Source: Bacteroidia bacterium (GTDB lineage Bacteria; Bacteroidota; Bacteroidia; NS11-12g; UBA9320). Taken from it: DNA of 64,000 nucleotides. Below the pieces are notes generated by a model, which saw only the letters and a list, made by a program, of their open reading frames with translations, was not told the DNA's origin and did no database searches. The stretch is from assembly GCA_965216465.1 (NCBI GenBank), contig CBDCFW010000005.1, positions 576,001 to 640,000 on the forward strand, written 5' to 3'. Within the stretch, counting starts at the first letter, position 1. Every line of letters starts with the position of its first letter. Positions 58,626 through 64,000 of the stretch are shown here, in pieces. The position numbers and the translations under genes are program-made.

Positions 58626-60716
58626 ATGCCGCAAAGCTTATCTTACTTCTATAAAATTAATAATATATCTTCTAATACATTCAGAGCTTATTTACTCATT
58701 GTGCTAATTGGCACCTCTTTCATCACTCTTGGTCAAACATCGATCAAGGAAGATCCTCAATGGGATTGGATAAGAAAGATTGATGGTGAAAACACCCAGG
58801 TTATTCAAGATTTCTGCCTTGCTCCCAATGGAGATATAATCATTGCAGGTCAATGTGAAAACCGATCAGGTGCTGATTTCCATTCCAATCGAGGTATTCA
58901 AAAATTAAGACTGTCTGACTCATTGACCAGCTACAACTCGTGCTCCTTTTTAGCCAGATATTCAAAAACTGGGAAGTTACTTTGGGTTACTCCATTTACA
59001 AGTAAAGACGAAATTTATTCAAGGGATTTAGCACTTGACAATGAGGGCAATATCTTAATCACAGGGCAGTTTAAGTACAAGGTTGAATTTCATTCAACAG
59101 GCAGAGGCAAACGCATAGAATTGAAAGGTCGACACGATCCGAAAAGTAGTTCAGGCAGTATATATCCAGACAAACCTTCGGCATTATATGTTGCAAAATA
59201 TTCAGCTGGTGGAAAAGCACTTTGGGCTAAGGCTGGCATAAGCAAGTCACATTCCTGCGGTTTTGAAATCAATACCGATAAGAATAACAATGTATATGTG
59301 CGAGGCTATTCAACTTATGACCCGCTGTATTTTGGAGACATCTCGTATATGCCTTTAAGAAACACCAAAGAAAAAATCTATGTTGGGAATTGCAATATCG
59401 TGCTCATCAAATGCACGCCTTCAGGAAAAGAAGATTGGGTAATCTATGGTACTGGTAGTGCAAATTTTGGGAGCGGTTCAGGCTCTGGTCATCACAGTAT
59501 GACGATAAATGAGCAAGGAAACGTATCCATTAAAACCTTGTGTTTAGGGGCAACGCATTTAATCTCGTCGAATGGTTGGTTAAAGAATATTCATGACTCT
59601 GCACATACTCAAATTGATGTTGAAATTTCGTCCGAAGGCAATTTTATTAGCAATCAACCTTCGGTAAATTTTGAATACAAAGGAGAGGTTAAGAGCAATT
59701 CAGGCGTTGTTCAACCAGACCCCTCATTTCTATCATTCCGAAATCGTATAAACCGAATCGTAAGAGACCATTCAGGCAATTACTACGTGATGATTCAATC
59801 GTGGTGTAATCCTGGTATTGTCTGTGAAGTCACATTTGGATCGAAGACCATTCAAACGCAGCGTTACGATATTCTTTTGGCCAAATACAATGCTGAAAAA
59901 GAGTTTGTCTGGATTAACTATATAGGAGGTGACAATCGTGAGATACCAAGAGATATGGTTGTTGATCAAAACAATAATGTAATTATTTCGGGATGGTATC
60001 AGGGAGACATGTATGTTCTAGACTCGAAAGACCAAAAAGAAAAGTTAAAATCAGAGCGAGGAGGAGCCTTTATCATCTCTTTCGACTCGCTTGGAGAATT
60101 CAATTGGGCAACAAATGCAGGCTTGATGTTTAGACATGACTATGACCTGCCCGCTGTAAGATTGGGGGTTGATTCTGAAAATCATTTGGTTATTGCCGGA
60201 GTTAACAACATGCCAACAAAGCTAGGTAAATACCCTATCAGCCTTGCCGGGAAAAGAAAGGAGTTGCATTGGGCTTGGGCAAAAGACAAAGGATATGAAG
60301 TAGGGGCCACTGATGCATTTTTTGCACGAGCAAGTCTTGGACCACAAACACTTGACCAACAGCAAGATACCGCCAACCAAGACTCTACAATTAAGATTGA
60401 TTTTGCCATGTTCGACTCGAGTATGATTTCAAGTCCTGACTCACTGAACGTTCAGCAAGACATATTTGATGTTTCCGTATTCCCAAATCCAGCAAATTTG
60501 TTTGTAAATGTTAGCTTAAACATTGGCAATGCTGTGGACGATGTCACGTTCAAACTTATCAACTCAGCTGGAAAGATAGTTTTCGAAACAGTCCAAAAAC
60601 AGGCCGCTGGATATATTTCACAAAAAATTTCGTTTGAATCATTGCCCAGTGGCGTCTATTATGTAGTGATCGAAACACTAAATCAAAAAGTGACGCGGAA
60701 GGTCGTGGCGTATTAG
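58626..60716 (+). CDS. SBBP-like beta-propeller protein with type A T9SS CTD
   Basis: DNEGNILITGQF, LARYSKTGKLLW, DQNNNVIISG repeats; VFPNPA...SGVYYV. Confidence 0.82.
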   Translation: MPQSLSYFYKINNISSNTFRAYLLIVLIGTSFITLGQTSIKEDPQWDWIRKIDGENTQVIQDFCLAPNGDIIIAGQCENRSGADFHSNRGIQKLRLSDSLTSYNSCSFLARYSKTGKLLWVTPFTSKDEIYSRDLALDNEGNILITGQFKYKVEFHSTGRGKRIELKGRHDPKSSSGSIYPDKPSALYVAKYSAGGKALWAKAGISKSHSCGFEINTDKNNNVYVRGYSTYDPLYFGDISYMPLRNTKEKIYVGNCNIVLIKCTPSGKEDWVIYGTGSANFGSGSGSGHHSMTINEQGNVSIKTLCLGATHLISSNGWLKNIHDSAHTQIDVEISSEGNFISNQPSVNFEYKGEVKSNSGVVQPDPSFLSFRNRINRIVRDHSGNYYVMIQSWCNPGIVCEVTFGSKTIQTQRYDILLAKYNAEKEFVWINYIGGDNREIPRDMVVDQNNNVIISGWYQGDMYVLDSKDQKEKLKSERGGAFIISFDSLGEFNWATNAGLMFRHDYDLPAVRLGVDSENHLVIAGVNNMPTKLGKYPISLAGKRKELHWAWAKDKGYEVGATDAFFARASLGPQTLDQQQDTANQDSTIKIDFAMFDSSMISSPDSLNVQQDIFDVSVFPNPANLFVNVSLNIGNAVDDVTFKLINSAGKIVFETVQKQAAGYISQKISFESLPSGVYYVVIETLNQKVTRKVVAY

Positions 60717-60889
60717 TGCATAGTGTTAGTTCTAAGTTTTAGGTTCAATAAATCGTCGGTTCTTCTATGAAATATCTCTTTCGACATTTTTTTACCTCTT
60801 TTTCGATATTGGAATCCTCTCATTGAAACGTATATTGCATCTACCAACCTAACCTCTAAACATTTAGTGGTTATATTCGAAAAAGGGAC

Positions 60890-62821
60890 ATGAAAAAAAA
60901 ACTAATTAATGTTCACACACATGTATTTACCGGAAACTACGTTCCTCCTTATCTTGCAAAGACCATAATTCCATGGCCCTTTTATTTCCTAATCAACACA
61001 GGTTGGATTGTGTCATTATTCAAGCGCTATTATTCAATCAAATACAAAAAGGAATTTGGGAATGCTAAAACAGAGGATGAAAAAGCTAAACTGTGGTCTG
61101 CGATATTCGCCAAAAGAAGAAAAGACCGAAGAAAAGTCAATACCCGATTCTTCATTTCCAGCAGATGGTATCTTTCCATTCCTCTTAAAATTATATTTAC
61201 ATGGCTTTCAGTAGTCGGAGCCCTTTTCATTATCGACTTTGTGGTTGGATTAGGGAACATAAAAGCAAATTATCTGGATACAATTGTCTCAATCAAACAA
61301 TGGTTGTCTGATCATCATTTATTTTTTGACTTACAACCCATATTTAAGATAGTATGGATTCTTGGTGTTCTGTTCTATATTAAAATTAGTAGGCAAATCA
61401 TATTTTTCATTTTAAAGAATATACTCCCAATTATAAAAAAGCTCATTAACAAGAACGCACTTGAGCTTCTAGGGCGATATTACCAAATAGGCAGATTTGC
61501 ACTTTATGGCACACAACATCGAGTTGCATTGCGTGCATTGCATCAATTACCCGCTAACTCTGCTATTGTTATGTTGCCCATGGACATGGAGTTTATGGGA
61601 GCAGGTAAATCAAAACCAGGCCGAGAATTTCTTAAGGCAAAGAGTGACTTATTAAGTAAAGGTTGGACAAATGAAGACTTTGCAGACAGCTATAAACTTC
61701 AAATGCGCGAACTATGGGAATTTGTTAAACATTCTGACGAAAAGAAGCCGAAATCTGAGTACTACCCATTTGTTTTCTTAGATCCAAGACGAATTGCAAC
61801 TGAAGGCAAGTCATTCTTTGACTATGACATTGTGAATGATCGAATGGAGTTAAAACCTTGCTTCATTAAAACTTACATAGAACAACGAAATTTTAGTGGC
61901 TTTAAGATTTACCCAGCCCTAGGTTATTATCCATTTGATGAACATCTATTGCCTATCTGGCGCTATGCCGTTGAAAATAACATCCCAATAATGGCTCATT
62001 GCGTTGTTGGTGTTATATACTATAGGGGCTCAAAGAAAAAGGAATGGAATTATCACCCAATCTTTCAAGAGGAAACAGCTCCAAAAAAATACGAACCGAT
62101 GTTGCTCCCAGAAGCCAAGAGCAAAGACTTCCAGATAAACTTTACCCATCCGATGAATTACCTATGCTTATTGGAAGAAGACTTATTTAAACAAGTATTA
62201 AAATCTCTGGCTCCAAATAGTGAAGTCAGAAAACTTTTCGGTTATAATGAAGAGGAGAACACTGTAAAATTCAACTTGTCAAAGCTGAAATTTTGCCTAG
62301 CACATTTTGGTGGTGCTGAAGAATGGACTCGATACATGGAGCAAGACAGAGTAAATTCGAGTCAACGATTGATGCGAAACCCCAAGGAGGCTATTAACTT
62401 TATGCACAATGCAAAGGGAAATTTTTCTTGGTACAAATTGTCTGATTTATGGAAAAATGGAGACTGGTATTCGATCATTTGTAGCATGATGATTGATTAT
62501 AAAAATGTTTATGCCGACCTAAGCTACATTATTAGCAACCCCTCAATTTATCCGCTTCTAAAATACACATTAGAGAAAGGAGAAGATTATGAGAATGAGC
62601 ACCAAAATTACCTGCAAGAGCCCAGTCCAAATAAAAAGGCATTGCACTACACCGGGAAAAACAAACTTCGAAGTCGAGTTTTATTTGGCACTGATTTCTA
62701 CGTGGTTAGAAACCATAACTCTGACAAAGAATTATTTGTAGAAACTAAAGCACTTTTAACAGAAGAAGAGTTCGATTTAATAGCCCGAGAAAACACCCAC
62801 AATTATTTATCAAATGAATAA
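60890..62821 (+). CDS. Amidohydrolase-superfamily (Amidohydro_2-like) protein with inserted TM segments
   Basis: INVHTHVF, GFKIYPALGY, IMAHC, LAHFGG, VYADLSY, VLFGTDF; hydrophobic stretches at about aa 92-122 and 150-180. Confidence 0.85.
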   Translation: MKKKLINVHTHVFTGNYVPPYLAKTIIPWPFYFLINTGWIVSLFKRYYSIKYKKEFGNAKTEDEKAKLWSAIFAKRRKDRRKVNTRFFISSRWYLSIPLKIIFTWLSVVGALFIIDFVVGLGNIKANYLDTIVSIKQWLSDHHLFFDLQPIFKIVWILGVLFYIKISRQIIFFILKNILPIIKKLINKNALELLGRYYQIGRFALYGTQHRVALRALHQLPANSAIVMLPMDMEFMGAGKSKPGREFLKAKSDLLSKGWTNEDFADSYKLQMRELWEFVKHSDEKKPKSEYYPFVFLDPRRIATEGKSFFDYDIVNDRMELKPCFIKTYIEQRNFSGFKIYPALGYYPFDEHLLPIWRYAVENNIPIMAHCVVGVIYYRGSKKKEWNYHPIFQEETAPKKYEPMLLPEAKSKDFQINFTHPMNYLCLLEEDLFKQVLKSLAPNSEVRKLFGYNEEENTVKFNLSKLKFCLAHFGGAEEWTRYMEQDRVNSSQRLMRNPKEAINFMHNAKGNFSWYKLSDLWKNGDWYSIICSMMIDYKNVYADLSYIISNPSIYPLLKYTLEKGEDYENEHQNYLQEPSPNKKALHYTGKNKLRSRVLFGTDFYVVRNHNSDKELFVETKALLTEEEFDLIARENTHNYLSNE

Positions 62822-62974
62822 CAAGCTATGATTTATGTTAACAGAAAAATTCATTTCGAATTTTAGGACAGAATATCATCGCGGTCGGTTCCCAATTGCC
62901 ATCAAATAACGCGCTTATTCAAAGGCAAATTCATGCAACTAAACCCTATTTTTATTGGTCTATACTCTAACGCT

Positions 62975-64000
62975 ATGAATTTGCCCGCACGTTACCTCTA
63001 CCTTGGCATGCTCATTTTTTGGGCCTGTTTTTCGAGTCGTGCTCAAGTTGTAGCGAGTTTTGCTCCAAGTTCATTTGGTGAATGTGTGCCCAGCACTATC
63101 TATCTCACCAATCATTCTACAGGTCCTATCGCTAGCTTTAACTGGGACTTTGGAAATGGCTCTGGATCATCCTTCACAGACCCTTCTGTGGTATACACGC
63201 AGCCGGGTACCTACACCATTACTTTAACCGTTACTGATACTGCGGGTAACAACACTTCCTTGACTCAAAATATCCGAATTTACAAGAAGCCACGTGTGTC
63301 GTTTGAAGCGAATGTAAGCACTATTTGTGAACGAAGACCCGTAAGCTTTTCAAACAACAGTACAGAAGGAGACACTACAATTACATCATGGCTCTGGGAT
63401 TACGGAGATGGCCATTCTTCTATCTATAAAGAACATAGCCACACCTATGTACAAAATGGAAATTACACGGTCAAACTTGCAGCAACCGACCAATTTGGAT
63501 GTACAGCTGATACGACTATCATCAACTACATCAATGTAAAAGATCGTCCCGTTTCTTTATTTCAGTTCAACGATGTTCGTTCGTGCAAGGCCCCAGTTTC
63601 AGTTAGTTTCACCAACATCACAAACCACCCCAGCACATCGTACTTATGGAAATTCTCTGACGGAAGTACATCCACCGCGATAAGTCCAACACATAGCTTT
63701 ACGACCTTAGGCTCACATTCTGCCACATTGATTGCAACGCACACGAATGGTTGCAGCGATACAAATATGCAGAATGGTAAAATTGAAATAGCTCCACTTG
63801 TTGTTAAAATTAAAACACCAAACGAACCCTTTTGTCTGGGCCAAAAAATTAGTCTAGAAGAAGACATTTCACCAAAACTTACTACGCCAACCAGCTATAC
63901 ATGGCACTTTCCGGATGGTTCAACCGCCACAGGTAAAACTACCGACTTTGAGCTAAAATCTACGCTCCAAAATATCAAACTTTCGGTTTCGAATGCTCAT
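62975..64000 (+). CDS. PKD-repeat secreted protein, 3' end outside window (absent from ORF track)
   Basis: MNLPARYLYLGMLIFWACFSSRA signal peptide, then FNWDFGNG, WLWDYGDG and YLWKFSDG PKD repeats; no stop seen before the window end. Confidence 0.85.
   Translation, partial: MNLPARYLYLGMLIFWACFSSRAQVVASFAPSSFGECVPSTIYLTNHSTGPIASFNWDFGNGSGSSFTDPSVVYTQPGTYTITLTVTDTAGNNTSLTQNIRIYKKPRVSFEANVSTICERRPVSFSNNSTEGDTTITSWLWDYGDGHSSIYKEHSHTYVQNGNYTVKLAATDQFGCTADTTIINYINVKDRPVSLFQFNDVRSCKAPVSVSFTNITNHPSTSYLWKFSDGSTSTAISPTHSFTTLGSHSATLIATHTNGCSDTNMQNGKIEIAPLVVKIKTPNEPFCLGQKISLEEDISPKLTTPTSYTWHFPDGSTATGKTTDFELKSTLQNIKLSVSNAH

Noticed and set aside
81-63867. Numerous 60-145 aa ORFs antisense to or nested in long genes (for example 1797..2231, 30640..30954, 53854..54093, 63562..63867)
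   Set aside because: Shadow ORFs of well-supported genes with no motifs or independent promoters.

Overview
Chromosomal window from a Bacteroidota bacterium, probably an aquatic Flavobacteriales/Bacteroidia lineage. The assignment rests on many TAnnTTTG -7 promoter elements, T9SS C-terminal sorting domains, TonB-dependent receptors and Bacteroidota-type lipoproteins. About 44 protein genes; no rRNA, tRNA, CRISPR array, integrase or transposase was seen. The window is a mosaic of accessory modules: a hipBA toxin-antitoxin pair; an LmbE/small protein/sodium:solute symporter operon; tandem T9SS zinc metalloproteases; small regulator-target pairs; two TonB receptors; and a hybrid kinase-Hpt-OmpR phosphorelay flanked by secreted proteins. 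The most unusual items are: (1) an apparently phosphorylation-dead two-component pair (receiver Asp->Asn, kinase His->Tyr, no recognisable ATP-binding boxes), with the same 14-bp operator-like site at identical spacing from the -7 element in its own promoter and in that of the downstream T9SS surface protein; (2) an alpha/beta-hydrolase fused to an LpxR-type lipid A deacylase barrel; (3) two independent lipoprotein hydrolase + small beta-barrel gene couples; (4) an OmpR regulator frameshifted in a T6 tract, with candidate binding boxes on both sides of its locus; (5) a 36-aa membrane ORF missing from the ORF track. All family calls come from motif recognition by eye, not database searches.
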